64,000 nucleotides of DNA from Eledone cirrhosa (taxonomy: Eukaryota): positions 378,138,001 to 378,202,000 of the forward strand of contig OZ024742.1 in NCBI GenBank assembly GCA_964016885.1, written 5' to 3'. Positions 25,401 through 40,200 of this stretch are shown here, one piece after another (positions within the stretch are counted from its first letter, which is position 1; each line of letters starts with the position of its first letter). The translations under genes and the position numbers were made by a program. The notes under the pieces were generated by a model. It was not told where the DNA came from and made no database searches. It saw only the letters and a program-made list of their open reading frames with translations.

Positions 25401-27050
25401 AATAGTGCCAAAGTGTTTCTGGAAAGTCACCACAAGAACATAGATGTGAATCTCTACAACTTGAGAACAAATAGTGCCAAAGTGTTTCTAGAAAGTCACA
25501 ACAAGAACATAGAGGGGAATCTCTACAACTTGAGAACAAATAGTGCCAAAGTGTTTCTGGAAATTCACAACAAGAACATAGAGGTGAATCTCTAAAGCTT
25601 GAGAACAAATAGTGCGAAAGTGTTTCTAGAAAGTCACAACAAGAACATAGAGGGGAATCTCTACAACTTGAGAACAAATAGTGCCAAAGTATTTCTGGAA
25701 AGTCACAACAAGAACATAGAGGGGAATCTCTACAACTTGAGAACAAATAGTGCCAAAGTGTTCCTAGAAAGTCACAACAAGAACATAGAGGGGAATCTCT
25801 ACAACTTGAGAACAAATAGTGCCAACGTGTTTCTGGAAAGTCACAACAAGAGAATAGAGGTGAATCTCTACAACTTGAGAACAAATAGTGCCAAAGTGTT
25901 TCTGGAAAGTCACAAAAAGAGAATAGAGGTGAATCTCTACAACTTGAAAACAACTAGTGCCAAAGTATTTTTGGAAAGTCACAACAAGAGAATAGAGGTG
26001 AATCTCTACAACTTGAGAACAAATAGTGCCAAAATGTTTCTGGAAAGTCACAACAAGAACATAGAGCTGAATCTCTACAACTTGAAAACAAATAGTGCCA
26101 AATGTTTCTGGAAAGTCACAACAAGAACATAGAGGGTAATCTCTACAACTTGAGAACAAATAGTGCCAAAGTGTTTCTAGTAAGTCACAACAAGAACATA
26201 GAGGGGAATCTCATACAACTTGAGAACAAATAGTCCCAAAGTGTTTCTGGAAATTCACAACAAGAACATAGAGGAGAATCTCTACAACCTGAGAACAAAT
26301 AGTGCCAAAGTGTTTCTAGAAAGTCACAACAAGAACATAGAGGGGAATCACTACAACTTGAGAACAAATAGTGCCAAAGTGTTTGTAGAAAGTCACAACA
26401 AGAACATAGAGGTGAATCTCTACAACCTGAGAACAAATAGTGCCAAAGTGTTTCTAGAAAGTCACAACAAGAACATAGAGGGGAATCTCTAAAACTTGAG
26501 AACAAATAGTGCCAAAGTGTTTCTAGAATGTCACAAGAACATAGAGAGGAATCTCTACAACTTGAGGACAAATAGTGCCAAAGTGTTTCTAGAAAGTCAC
26601 AACAAGAACATAGAGGGGAATCTCTACAACTTGAGAACAAATAGTGCCAAAGTGTTTCTGGAAAGTCACAACAAGAACATAGAGGGGAATCTCTACAACT
26701 TGAGAACAAATAGTGCCAAAGTGTTTCTAGAAAGTCACAACAAGAACATAGAGGGGAATCTCTACAACTTGAGAACAAATAGTCCCAAAGTGTTTCTGGA
26801 AAGTCACAACAAGAACATAGAGGGGAATCTCTACAACCTGAGAACAAATAGTGTCAAAGTGTTTCTAGAAAGTCACCACAAGAACATAGAGGTGAATCTC
26901 TACAACTTGAAAACAAATAGTGCCAAAGTGTTTCTAGAAAGTCACCACAAGAACATAGAGGTGAATCTCTAAAGCTTGAGAACAAATAGTGCCAAAGTGT
27001 TTCTAGAAAGTCACCACAAGAACATAGAGGTGAATCTCTACAACTTGAGA
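18340..27050. repeat. Higher-order repeat, 2895-bp period (42 monomers -3 bp), 3 copies
   Basis: ORFs repeat at 18646/21541/24436, 19809/22704/25599 and 20395/23290/26185. Confidence 0.92.
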
Positions 27051-29810
27051 ACAAATAGTGCCAAATATTTCTGGAAAGTCACAACAAGAACATAGAGGTG
27101 AATCTCTACAACTTGAGAACAAATAGTGCCAAAGTGTTTCTAGAAAGTCACAACAAGAACATAGAAGGGAATCTCTACAACTTGAGAACAAATAGTGCCA
27201 AAGTGTTTCTAGAAAGTCACCACAAGAACATAGAGGTGAATCTCTACAACTTGAGAACAAATAGTGCCAAAGTGCTTGTAGAAAGTCACAACAAGGACAT
27301 AGAGGGGAATCTCTACAACTTGAGAACAAATAGTGCCAAAGTATTTCTGGAAAGTCACAACAAGAACATAGAGGGGAATCTCTACGACTTGAGAACAAAT
27401 AGTGCCAACGTGTTTCTGGAAAGTCAGAACAAGAGAATAGAGCTGACTCTCTACAACTTGAGAACAAATAGTGCCAAAGTGTTTCTGGAAAGTCACAAAA
27501 AGAGAATAGAGGTGAATCTCTACAACTTGAGAACAAATAGTGCCAAAGTGTTTCTGGAATGTCACAACAAGAGAGCAGAGGTGAATCTCTACAACTTGAG
27601 AACAAATAGTGCCAAATATTTCTGGAAAGTCACAACAAGAACATAGAGGTGAATCTCTACAACTTGAAAACAAATAGTGCCAAAGTATTTCTGGAAAGTC
27701 ACAACAAGAACATAGAGGGGAATCTCTACGACTTGAGAACAAATAGTGCCAAAGTATTTCTGGAAAGTCACAACAAGAACATAGAGGGGAATCTCTACAA
27801 CTTGAGAACAAATAGTGCCAAAGTGTTCCTAGAAAGTCACAACAAGAACATAGAGGGGAATCTCTACAACTTGAGAACAAATAGTGCCAACGTGTTTCTG
27901 GAAAGTCACAACAAGAGAATAGAGGTGAATCTCTACAACTTGAGAACAAATAGTGCCAAAGTGTTTCTGGAAAGTCACAAAAAGAGAATAGAGGTGAATC
28001 TCTACAACTTGAGAACAACTAGTGCCAAAGTATTTTTGGAAAGTCACAACAAGAGAATAGAGGTGAATCTCTACAACTTGAGAACAAATAGTGCCAAAAT
28101 GTTTCTGGAAAGTCACAACAAGAACATAGAGCTGAATCTCTACAACTTGAAAACAAATAGTGCCAAATGTTTCTGGAAAGTCACAACAAGAACATAGAGG
28201 GTAATCTCTACAACTTGAGAACAAATAGTGCCAAAGTGTTTCTAGTAAGTCACAACAAGAACATAGAGGGGAATCTCATACAACTTGAGAACAAATAGTC
28301 CCAAAGTGTTTCTGGAAATTCACAACAAGAACATAGAGGAGAATCTCTACAACCTGAGAACAAATAGTGCCAAAGTGTTTCTAGAAAGTCACAACAAGAA
28401 CATAGAGGGGAATCACTACAACTTGAGAACAAATAGTGCCAAAGTGTTTGTAGAAAGTCACAACAAGAACATAGAGGTGAATCTCTACAACCTGAGAACA
28501 AATAGTGCCAAAGTGTTTCTAGAAAGTCACAACAAGAACATAGAGGGGAATCTCTAAAACTTGAGAACAAATAGTGCCAAAGTGTTTCTAGAATGTCACA
28601 AGAACATAGAGAGGAATCTCTACAACTTGAGGACAAATAGTGCCAAAGTGTTTCTAGAAAGTCACAACAAGAACATAGAGGGGAATCTCTACAACTTGAG
28701 AACAAATAGTGCCAAAGTGTTTCTGGAAAGTCACAACAAGAACATAGAGGGGAATCTCTACAACTTGAGAACAAATAGTGCCAAAGTGTTTCTAGAAAGT
28801 CACAACAAGAACATAGAGGGGAATCTCTACAACTTGAGAACAAATAGTCCCAAAGTGTTTCTGGAAAGTCACAACAAGAACATAGAGGGGAATCTCTACA
28901 ACCTGAGAACAAATAGTGTCAAAGTGTTTCTAGAAAGTCACCACAAGAACATAGAGGTGAATCTCTACAACTTGAAAACAAATAGTGCCAAAGTGTTTCT
29001 AGAAAGTCACCACAAGAACATAGAGGTGAATCTCTAAAGCTTGAGAACAAATAGTGCCAAAGTGTTTCTAGAAAGTCACCACAAGAACATAGAGGTGAAT
29101 CTCTACAACTTGAGAACAAATAGTGCCAAATATTTCTGGAAAGTCACAACAAGAACATAGAGGTGAATCTCTACAACTTGAGAACAAATAGTGCCAAAGT
29201 GTTTCTAGAAAGTCACAACAAGAACATAGAAGGGAATCTCTACAACTTGAGAACAAATAGTGCCAAAGTGTTTCTAGAAAGTCACCACAAGAACATAGAG
29301 GTGAATCTCTACAACTTGAGAACAAATAGTGCCAAAGTGCTTGTAGAAAGTCACAACAAGGACATAGAGGGGAATCTCTACAACTTGAGAACAAATAGTG
29401 CCAAAGTATTTCTGGAAAGTCACAACAAGAACATAGAGGGGAATCTCTACGACTTGAGAACAAATAGTGCCAACGTGTTTCTGGAAAGTCAGAACAAGAG
29501 AATAGAGCTGACTCTCTACAACTTGAGAACAAATAGTGCCAAAGTGTTTCTGGAAAGTCACAAAAAGAGAATAGAGGTGAATCTCTACAACTTGAGAACA
29601 AATAGTGCCAAAGTGTTTCTGGAATGTCACAACAAGAGAGCAGAGGTGAATCTCTACAACTTGAGAACAAATAGTGCCAAATATTTCTGGAAAGTCACAA
29701 CAAGAACATAGAGGTGAATCTCTACAACTTGAAAACAAATAGTGCCAAAGTATTTCTGGAAAGTCACAACAAGAACATAGAGGGGAATCTCTACGACTTG
29801 AGAACAAATA
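25670..29810. repeat. Higher-order repeat, 2065-bp period (30 monomers -5 bp), 2 copies
   Basis: ORFs repeat at 25764/27829, 26185/28250 and 27003/29068. Confidence 0.88.
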
Positions 29811-32800
29811 GTGCCAACGTGTTTCTGGAAAGTCACAACAAGAGAATAGAGCTGAATCTCTACAACTTGAGAACAAATCGTGCCAAAGTGTTTCTGGAAA
29901 GTCACAAAAAGAGAATAGAGGTGAATCTCTACAACTTGAGAACAAATAGTGCCAAAGTGTTTCTGGAAAGTCACAACAAGAGAGCAGAGGTGAATCTCTA
30001 CAACTTGAGAACAAATAGTGCCAAATATTTCTGGAAAGTCACAAGAACATAGAGGTGAATCTCTACAACTTGGGAACAAATAGAGCCAAAGTGTTTCTGG
30101 AAAGTCACAAAAAGAGAATAGAGGTAAATCTATACAACTTGAGAACAAATAGTGCCAAAGTGTTTCTGGAAAGTCACAACAAGAGAATAGAGGTGAATCT
30201 CTACGACTTGAGAACAAATAGTGCCAAAGTGTTTCTGGAAAGTCACAACAAGAGAGCAGAGGTGAATCTCTACAACTTGAGAACAAATAGTGCCAAAGTA
30301 TTTCTGGAAAGTCACAACAAGAACATAGAGGTGAATCTCTACAACTTGAAAACAAATAGTGCCAAAGTGTTTCTGGAAAGTCACAACAAGAACATAGAGG
30401 GGAATCTCTACAACTTGAGAACAAATAGTGCCAAAGTGTTTCTAGAAAGTCACAACAAGAACATAGAGTGGAATCTCTACAACTTGAGAACAAATAGTGC
30501 CAAAGTGTATCTGGAAAGTTACAACAAGACCATAGAGGGGAATCTCTACAACTTGAGAACAAATAGTGCCAAAGTGTTTCTGGAAAGTCACCACAAGAAC
30601 ATAGAGGTGAATCTCTACAACTTGAGAACAAATAGTGCCAAATATTTCTGGAAAGTCACAACAAGAACATAGAGGTGAATCTCTACAACTTGAGAACAAA
30701 TAGTGCCAAAGTGTTTCTAGAAAGTCACCACAAGAACATAGAGGTGAATCTCTACAACTTGAGAACAAATAGTGCCAAAGTGCTTGTAGAAAGTCACAAC
30801 AAGAACATAGAGGGGAATCTCTACAACTTGAGAACAAATAGTGCCAAAGTATTTCTGGAAAGTCACAACAAGAACATAGAGGGGAATCTCTACAACTTGA
30901 GAACAAATAGTGCCAAAGTGTTCCTAGAAAGTCACAACAAGAACATAGAGGGGAATCTCTACAACTTGAGAACAAGTAGTGCCAAAGTGTTCCTAGAAAT
31001 TCACAACAAGAACATACAGGGGAATCTCTACAACTTGAGAACAAATAGTGCCAACGTGTTTCTGGAAAGTCACAACAAGAGAATAGAGGTGAATCTCTAC
31101 AACTTGAGAACAAATAGTGCCAAAGTGTTTGTAGAAAGTCACAACAAGAACATAGAGGTGAATCTCTACAACTTGAGAACAAATAGTGCCAAAGTGTTTC
31201 TAGAAAGTCACAACAAGAACATAGAGGGAAATCTCTACAACTTGAGAACAAATAGTGCCAAAGTGTTTCTGGAAAGTCACAACAAGAACATAGAGGGGAA
31301 TCTCTAAAACTTGAGAACAAATAGTGCCAAGGTTTTTCTGGAAAATCACAACAAGAACATAGAGGGGAATCTCTACAACTTGAGAACAAATAGTGCCAAA
31401 GTGTTTCTGGAAAATGACAACAAGAACATAGAGGTGAATCTCTAAAGCTTGAGAACAAATAGTGCCAAAGTATTTCTGGAAAGTCACAACAAGAACATAG
31501 AGACGAATCTCTACAACTTGAGAACAAATAGTGCCAAAGTGTTTCTGGAAAGTTACAACAAGAACATAGAGGTGAATCTCTACAACTTGAGAACAAATAG
31601 TGCCAAAGTGTTTCTAGAAAGTCACCACAAGAACATAGAGGGGAATCTCTACAACTTGAGAACAAATAGTGCCAACGTGTTTCTAGAAAGTCACAACAAG
31701 AACATAGAGGGGAATCTCTACAACTTGAGAACAAATAGTGCCAAAGTATTTCTGGAAAGTCACAACAAGAACATAGAGGGGAATCTCTACAACTTGAGAA
31801 CAAATAGTGCCAAAGTGTTTCTGGAAAGTCACAAAAAGAGAATAGAGGTGAATATCTACAACTTGAGAACAACTAGTGCCAAAGTGTTTCTGGAAAGTCA
31901 CAACAAAAGAATAGAGGTGAATCTCTACAACTTGAGAACAAATGGTGCCAAAGTGTTTCTGGAAAGTCACAACAAGAACATAGAAGTGAATCTCTACAAC
32001 TTGAAAACAAATAGTACCAAAGTGTTTCTGGAAAGTCACAACAAGAACATAGAGGGGAATCTCTACAACTTGAGAACAAATAGTGCCAAAGTGTTTCTAG
32101 AAAGTCACAACAAGAACATAGACGGGAATCTCTACAACTTGAGAACAAATAGTCCCAAAGTGTTTCTGGAAATTCACAACAAGAACATAGAGGGGAATCT
32201 CTACAACCTGAGAACAAATAGTGCCAAAGTGTTTCTAGAAAGTCACAACAAGAACATAGAGGGGAATCACTACAACTTGAGAACAAATAGTGCCAAAGTG
32301 TTTGTAGAAAGTCACAACAAGAACATAGAGGTGAATCTCTACAACTTGAGAACAAATAGTGCCAAAGTGTTTCTAGAAAGTCACAACAAGAACATAGATG
32401 GGAATCTCTACAACTTGAGAACAAATAGTGCCAAATTGTTTCTGGAAAGTCACAACAAGAACATAGAGGTGAATCTCTACAACTTGAGAACAAATAGTGC
32501 CAAATTGTTTCTGGAAAGTCACAACAAGAACATAGAGGTGAATCTCTACAACTTGAGAACAAATAGTGCCAAAGTGTTTCTAGAAGGTCACCACAAGAAA
32601 ATAGAGACGGATCTTTACAACTTGAGAACATATAGTGCCAAAGTGTTTCTAGAAAGTCACAACAAGAACATAGAGGGGAATCACTACAACTTGAGAACAA
32701 ATAGTGCCAAAGTGTTTCTAGAAAGTCACAACAAGAACATAGAGGGGAATCACTACAACTTGAGAACAAATAGTGCCAAAGTGTTTCTGGAAAGTCACAA

Positions 32801-35800
32801 AAAGAGAATAGAGGTGAATATCTACAACTTGAGAACAACTAGTGCCAAAGTGTTTCTGGAAAGTCACAACAAAAGAATAGAGGTGAATCTCTACAACTTG
32901 AGAACAAATGGTGCCAAAGTGTTTCTGGAAAGTCACAACAAGAACATAGAGGGAAATCTCTAAAACCTGAGAACAAATAGTGCCAAAGTGTTTCTGGAAA
33001 ATCACAACAAGAACATAGAGGGGAATCTCTACAACTTGAGAACAAATAGTGCCAAAGTGTTTCTAGAAAGTCACAACAAGAACATAGAGGTGAATCTCTA
33101 CAACTTGAGAACAAATAGTGCCAAAGTGTTTCTGGAAAATCACAACAAGAACATAGAGGTGAATCTCTAAAGCTTGAGAACAAATAGTGCCAAAGTATTT
33201 CTGGAAAGTCACAACAAGAACATAGAGACGAATCTCTACAACTTGAGAACAAATAGTGCCAAAGTGTTTCTAGAAAGTCACAACAAGAACATAGAGGGGA
33301 ATCACTACAACTTGAGAACAAATAGTGCCAAAGTGTTTCTAGAAAGTCACAACAAGAACATAGAAGGGAATCTCTACAACTTGAGAACAAATAGTGCCAA
33401 AGTGTTTCTAGAAAGTCACCACAAGAACATAGAGGTGAATCTCTACAACTTGAGAACAAATAGTGCCAAAGTGCTTGTAGAAAGTCACAACAAGGACATA
33501 GAGGGGAATCTCTACAACTTGAGAACAAATAGTGCCAAAGTATTTCTGGAAAGTCACAACAAGAACATAGAGGGGAATCTCTACGACTTGAGAACAAATA
33601 GTGCCAACGTGTTTCTGGAAAGTCACAACAAGAGAATAGAGCTGACTCTCTACAACTTGAGAACAAATAGTGCCAAAGTGTTTCTGGAAAGTCACAAAAA
33701 GAGAATAGAGGTGAATCTCTACAACTTGAGAACAAATAGTGCCAAAGTGTTTCTGGAATGTCACAACAAGAGAGCAGAGGTGAATCTCTACAACTTGAGA
33801 ACAAATAGTGCCAAATATTTCTGGAAAGTCACAACAAGAACATAGAGGTGAATCTCTACAACTTGAAAACAAATAGTGCCAAAGTATTTCTGGAAAGTCA
33901 CAACAAGAACATAGAGGGGAATCTCTACGACTTGAGAACAAATAGTGCCAACGTGTTTCTGGAAAGTCACAACAAGAGAATAGAGCTGAATCTCTACAAC
34001 TTGAGAACAAATCGTGCCAAAGTGTTTCTGGAAAGTCACAAAAAGAGAATAGAGGTGAATCTCTACAACTTGAGAACAAATAGTGCCAAAGTGTTTCTGG
34101 AAAGTCACAACAAGAGAGCAGAGGTGAATCTCTACAACTTGAGAACAAATAGTGCCAAATATTTCTGGAAAGTCACAAGAACATAGAGGTGAATCTCTAC
34201 AACTTGAGAACAAATAGAGCCAAAGTGTTTCTGGAAAGTCACAAAAAGAGAATAGAGGTAAATCTATACAACTTGAGAACAAATAGTGCCAAAGTGTTTC
34301 TGGAAAGTCACAACAAGAGAATAGAGGTGAATCTCTACGACTTGAGAACAAATAGTGCCAAAGTGTTTCTGGAAAGTCACAACAAGAGAGCAGAGGTGAA
34401 TCTCTACAACTTGAGAACAAATAGTGCCAAAGTATTTCTGGAAAGTCACAACAAGAACATAGAGGTGAATCTCTACAACTTGAAAACAAATAGTGCCAAA
34501 GTGTTTCTGGAAAGTCACAACAAGAACATAGAGGGGAATCTCTACAACTTGAGAACAAATAGTGCCAAAGTGTTTCTAGAAAGTCACAACAAGAACATAG
34601 AGTGGAATCTCTACAACTTGAGAACAAATAGTGCCAAAGTGTATCTGGAAAGTTACAACAAGACCATAGAGGGGAATCTCTACAACTTGAGAACAAATAG
34701 TGCCAAAGTGTTTCTGGAAAGTCACCACAAGAACATAGAGGTGAATCTCTACAACTTGAGAACAAATAGTGCCAAATATTTCTGGAAAGTCACAACAAGA
34801 ACATAGAGGTGAATCTCTACAACTTGAGAACAAATAGTGCCAAAGTGTTTCTAGAAAGTCACCACAAGAACATAGAGGTGAATCTCTACAACTTGAGAAC
34901 AAATAGTGCCAAAGTGCTTGTAGAAAGTCACAACAAGAACATACAGGGGAATCTCTACAACTTGAGAACAAATAGTGCCAACGTGTTTCTGGAAAGTCAC
35001 AACAAGAGAATAGAGGTGAATCTCTACAACTTGAGAACAAATAGTGCCAAAGTGTTTGTAGAAAGTCACAACAAGAACATAGAGGTGAATCTCTACAACT
35101 TGAGAACAAATAGTGCCAAAGTGTTTCTAGAAAGTCACAACAAGAACATAGAGGGAAATCTCTACAACTTGAGAACAAATAGTGCCAAAGTGTTTCTGGA
35201 AAGTCACAACAAGAACATAGAGGGGAATCTCTAAAACTTGAGAACAAATAGTGCCAAGGTTTTTCTGGAAAATCACAACAAGAACATAGAGGGGAATCTC
35301 TACAACTTGAGAACAAATAGTGCCAAAGTGTTTCTGGAAAATGACAACAAGAACATAGAGGTGAATCTCTAAAGCTTGAGAACAAATAGTGCCAAAGTAT
35401 TTCTGGAAAGTCACAACAAGAACATAGAGACGAATCTCTACAACTTGAGAACAAATAGTGCCAAAGTGTTTCTGGAAAGTTACAACAAGAACATAGAGGT
35501 GAATCTCTACAACTTGAGAACAAATAGTGCCAAAGTGTTTCTAGAAAGTCACCACAAGAACATAGAGGGGAATCTCTACAACTTGAGAACAAATAGTGCC
35601 AACGTGTTTCTAGAAAGTCACAACAAGAACATAGAGGGGAATCTCTACAACTTGAGAACAAATAGTGCCAAAGTATTTCTGGAAAGTCACAACAAGAACA
35701 TAGAGGGGAATCTCTACAACTTGAGAACAAATAGTGCCAAAGTGTTTCTGGAAAGTCACAAAAAGAGAATAGAGGTGAATATCTACAACTTGAGAACAAC

Positions 35801-37280
35801 TAGTGCCAAAGTGTTTCTGGAAAGTCACAACAAAAGAATAGAGGTGAATCTCTACAACTTGAGAACAAATGGTGCCAAAGTGTTTCTGGAAAGTCACAAC
35901 AAGAACATAGAAGTGAATCTCTACAACTTGAAAACAAATAGTACCAAAGTGTTTCTGGAAAGTCACAACAAGAACATAGAGGGGAATCTCTACAACTTGA
36001 GAACAAATAGTGCCAAAGTGTTTCTAGAAAGTCACAACAAGAACATAGACGGGAATCTCTACAACTTGAGAACAAATAGTCCCAAAGTGTTTCTGGAAAT
36101 TCACAACAAGAACATAGAGGGGAATCTCTACAACCTGAGAACAAATAGTGCCAAAGTGTTTCTAGAAAGTCACAACAAGAACATAGAGGGGAATCACTAC
36201 AACTTGAGAACAAATAGTGCCAAAGTGTTTGTAGAAAGTCACAACAAGAACATAGAGGTGAATCTCTACAACTTGAGAACAAATAGTGCCAAAGTGTTTC
36301 TAGAAAGTCACAACAAGAACATAGATGGGAATCTCTACAACTTGAGAACAAATAGTGCCAAATTGTTTCTGGAAAGTCACAACAAGAACATAGAGGTGAA
36401 TCTCTACAACTTGAGAACAAATAGTGCCAAATTGTTTCTGGAAAGTCACAACAAGAACATAGAGGTGAATCTCTACAACTTGAGAACAAATAGTGCCAAA
36501 GTGTTTCTAGAAGGTCACCACAAGAAAATAGAGACGGATCTTTACAACTTGAGAACATATAGTGCCAAAGTGTTTCTAGAAAGTCACAACAAGAACATAG
36601 AGGGGAATCACTACAACTTGAGAACAAATAGTGCCAAAGTGTTTCTAGAAAGTCACAACAAGAACATAGAGGGGAATCACTACAACTTGAGAACAAATAG
36701 TGCCAAAGTGTTTCTGGAAAGTCACAAAAAGAGAATAGAGGTGAATATCTACAACTTGAGAACAACTAGTGCCAAAGTGTTTCTGGAAAGTCACAACAAA
36801 AGAATAGAGGTGAATCTCTACAACTTGAGAACAAATGGTGCCAAAGTGTTTCTGGAAAGTCACAACAAGAACATAGAGGGAAATCTCTAAAACCTGAGAA
36901 CAAATAGTGCCAAAGTGTTTCTGGAAAATCACAACAAGAACATAGAGGGGAATCTCTACAACTTGAGAACAAATAGTGCCAAAGTGTTTCTAGAAAGTCA
37001 CAACAAGAACATAGAGGTGAATCTCTACAACTTGAGAACAAATAGTGCCAAAGTGTTTCTGGAAAATCACAACAAGAACATAGAGGTGAATCTCTAAAGC
37101 TTGAGAACAAATAGTGCCAAAGTATTTCTGGAAAGTCACAACAAGAACATAGAGACGAATCTCTACAACTTGAGAACAAATAGTGCCAAAGTGTTTCTAG
37201 AAAGTCACAACAAGAACATAGAGGGGAATCACTACAACTTGAGAACAAATAGTGCCAAAGTGTTTCTAGAAAGTCACAAC
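29190..37280. repeat. Higher-order repeat, 4134/3927-bp period (60 vs 57 monomers), 2 copies
   Basis: The offset is 4134 (29654/33788, 30055/34189) and then 3927 (31449/35376, 31873/35800). The 207-bp difference equals 3 monomers lost near 34930. Confidence 0.88.
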
Positions 37281-40200
37281 AAGAACATAGATGGGAATCT
37301 CTACAACTTGAGAACAAATAGTGCCAAATTGTTTCTGGAAAGTCACAACAAGAACATAGAGGTGAATCTCTACAACTTGAGAACAAATAGTGCCAAAGTG
37401 TTTCTAGAAAGTCACCACAAGAAAATAGAGACGAATCTTTACAACTTGAGAACAAATAGTGCCAAAGTGTTTCTAGAAAGTCACAACAAGAACATAGAGG
37501 GGAATCACTACAACTTGAGAACAAATAGTGCCAAAGTTTTTGTAGAAAGTCACCACAAGAACATAGAGGTGAATCTCTACAACTTGAGAACAAATAGTGC
37601 CAAAGTGTATCTGGAAAGTTACGACAAGAACATAGAAGGGAATCTCTACAACTTGAGAACAAATAGTGCCAAAGTGTTTCTGGAAAGTCACCACAAGAAC
37701 ATAGATGTGAATCTCTACAACTTGAGAACAAATAGTGCCAAAGTGTTTCTAGAAAGTCACAACAAGAACATAGAGGGGAATCTCTACAACTTGAGAACAA
37801 ATAGTGCCAAAGTGTTTCTGGAAATTCACAACAAGAACATAGAGGTGAATCTCTAAAGCTTGAGAACAAATAGTGCGAAAGTGTTTCTAGAAAGTCACAA
37901 CAAGAACATAGAGGGGAATCTCTACAACTTGAGAACAAATAGTGCCAAAGTATTTCTGGAAAGTCACAACAAGAACATAGAGGGGAATCTCTACAACTTG
38001 AGAACAAATAGTGCCAAAGTGTTCCTAGAAAGTCACAACAAGAACATAGAGGGGAATCTCTACAACTTGAGAACAAATAGTGCCAACGTGTTTCTGGAAA
38101 GTCACAACAAGAGAATAGAGGTGAATCTCTACAACTTGAGAACAACTAGTGCCAAAGTATTTTTGGAAAGTCACAACAAGAGAATAGAGGTGAATCTCTA
38201 CAACTTGAGAACAAATAGTGCCAAAATGTTTCTGGAAAGTCACAACAAGAACATAGAGGTGAATCTCTACAACTTGAAAACAAATAGTGCCAAATGTTTC
38301 TGGAAAGTCACAACAAGAACATAGAGGGTAATCTCTACAACTTGAGAACAAATAGTGCCAAAGTGTTTCTAGAAAGTCACAACAAGAACATAGAGGGGAA
38401 TCTCATACAACTTGAGAACAAATAGTCCAAAAGTGTTTCTGGAAATTCACAACAAGAACATAGAGGAGAATCTCTACAACCTGAGAACAAATAGTGCCAA
38501 AGTGTTTCTAGAAAGTCACAACAAGAACATAGAGGGGAATCACTACAACTTGAGAACAAATAGTGCCAAAGTGTTTGTAGAAAGTCACAACAAGAACATA
38601 GAGGTGAATCTCTACAACCTGAGAACAAATAGTGCCAAAGTGTTTCTAGAAAGTCACAACAAGAACATAGAGGGGAATCTCTAAAACTTGAGAACAAATA
38701 GTGCCAAAGTGTTTCTAGAATGTCACAAGAACATAGAGAGGAATCTCTACAACTTGAGAACAAATAGTGCCAAAGTGTTTCTAGAAAGTCACAACAAGAA
38801 CATAGAGGTGAATCTCTACAACTTGAGAACAAATAGTGCCAAAGTGTTTCTGGAAAGTCACAACAAGAACATAGAGGGGAATCTCTACAACTTGAGAACA
38901 AATAGTGCCAAAGTGTTTCTAGAAAGTCACAACAAGAACATAGAGGGGAATCTCTACAACTTGAGAACAAATAGTCCCAATGTGTTTCTGGAAAGTCACA
39001 ACAAGAACATAGAGGGGAATCTCTACAACCTGAGAACAAATAGTGCCAAAGTGTTTCTAGAAAGTCACCACAAGAACATAGAGGTGAATCTCTACAACTT
39101 GAGAACAAATAGTGCCAAAGTGTTTCTGGAAAGTCACAAAAAGAGAATAGAGGTGAATCTCTACAACTTGAGAACAAATAGTGCCAAAGTGTTTCTAGAA
39201 AGTCACCACCAGAACATAAAGGTGAATCTCTAAAGCTTGAGAACAAATAGTGCCAAAGTATTTCTGGAAAGTCACAACAAGAACATAGAAGGGAATCTCT
39301 ACAACTTGAGAACAAATAGTGCCAAAGTTTTTCTAGAAAGTCACCACAAGAACATAGAGGTGAATCTCTACAACTTGAGAACAAATAGTGCCAAAGTGCT
39401 TGTAGAAAGTCACAACAAGAACATAGAGGGGAATCTCTACAACTTAAGAACAAATAGTGCCAAAGTGTTTCTAGAAAGTCACAACAAGAACATAGAAGGG
39501 AATCTCTACAACTTGAGAACAAATAGTGCCAAAGTGTTTCTAGAAAGTCACCACAAGAACATAGAGGTGAATCTCTACAACTTGAGAACAAATAGTGCCA
39601 AAGTGCTTGTAGAAAGTCACAACAAGAACATAGAGGGGAATCTCTACAACTTGAGAACAAATAGTGCCAAAGTATTTCTGGAAAGTCACAACAAGAACAT
39701 AGAGGGGAATCTCTACAACTTGAGAACAAATAGTGCCAACGTGTTTCTGGAAAGTCACAACAAGAGAATAGAGCTGAATCTCTACAACTTGAGAACAAAT
39801 AGTGCCAAAGTGTTTCTGGAGAGTCACAAAAAGAGAATAGAGGTGAATCTCTACAACTTGAGAACAACAAGTGCCAAAGTGTTTCTGGAAAGTCACAATA
39901 AGAGAATAGAGGTGAATCTCTACAACTTGAGAACAAATAGTACCAAAGTGTTTCTGGAAAGTCACAACAAGAACATAGAGGGGAATCTCTACAGCTTGAG
40001 AACAAATAGTGCCAAAGTGTTTTTAGAAAGTCACCACAAGAACGTAGAGGTGAATCTCTACAACTTGAGAACAAATAGTGCCAAAGTGTTTCTAGAAAGT
40101 CACAACAAGAACATAGAGGGGAATCTCTACAACTTGGGAACAATTAGTGCCAAAGTGTTCCTAGAAAGTCACAACAAGAACATAGAGGGAAATCTCTACA

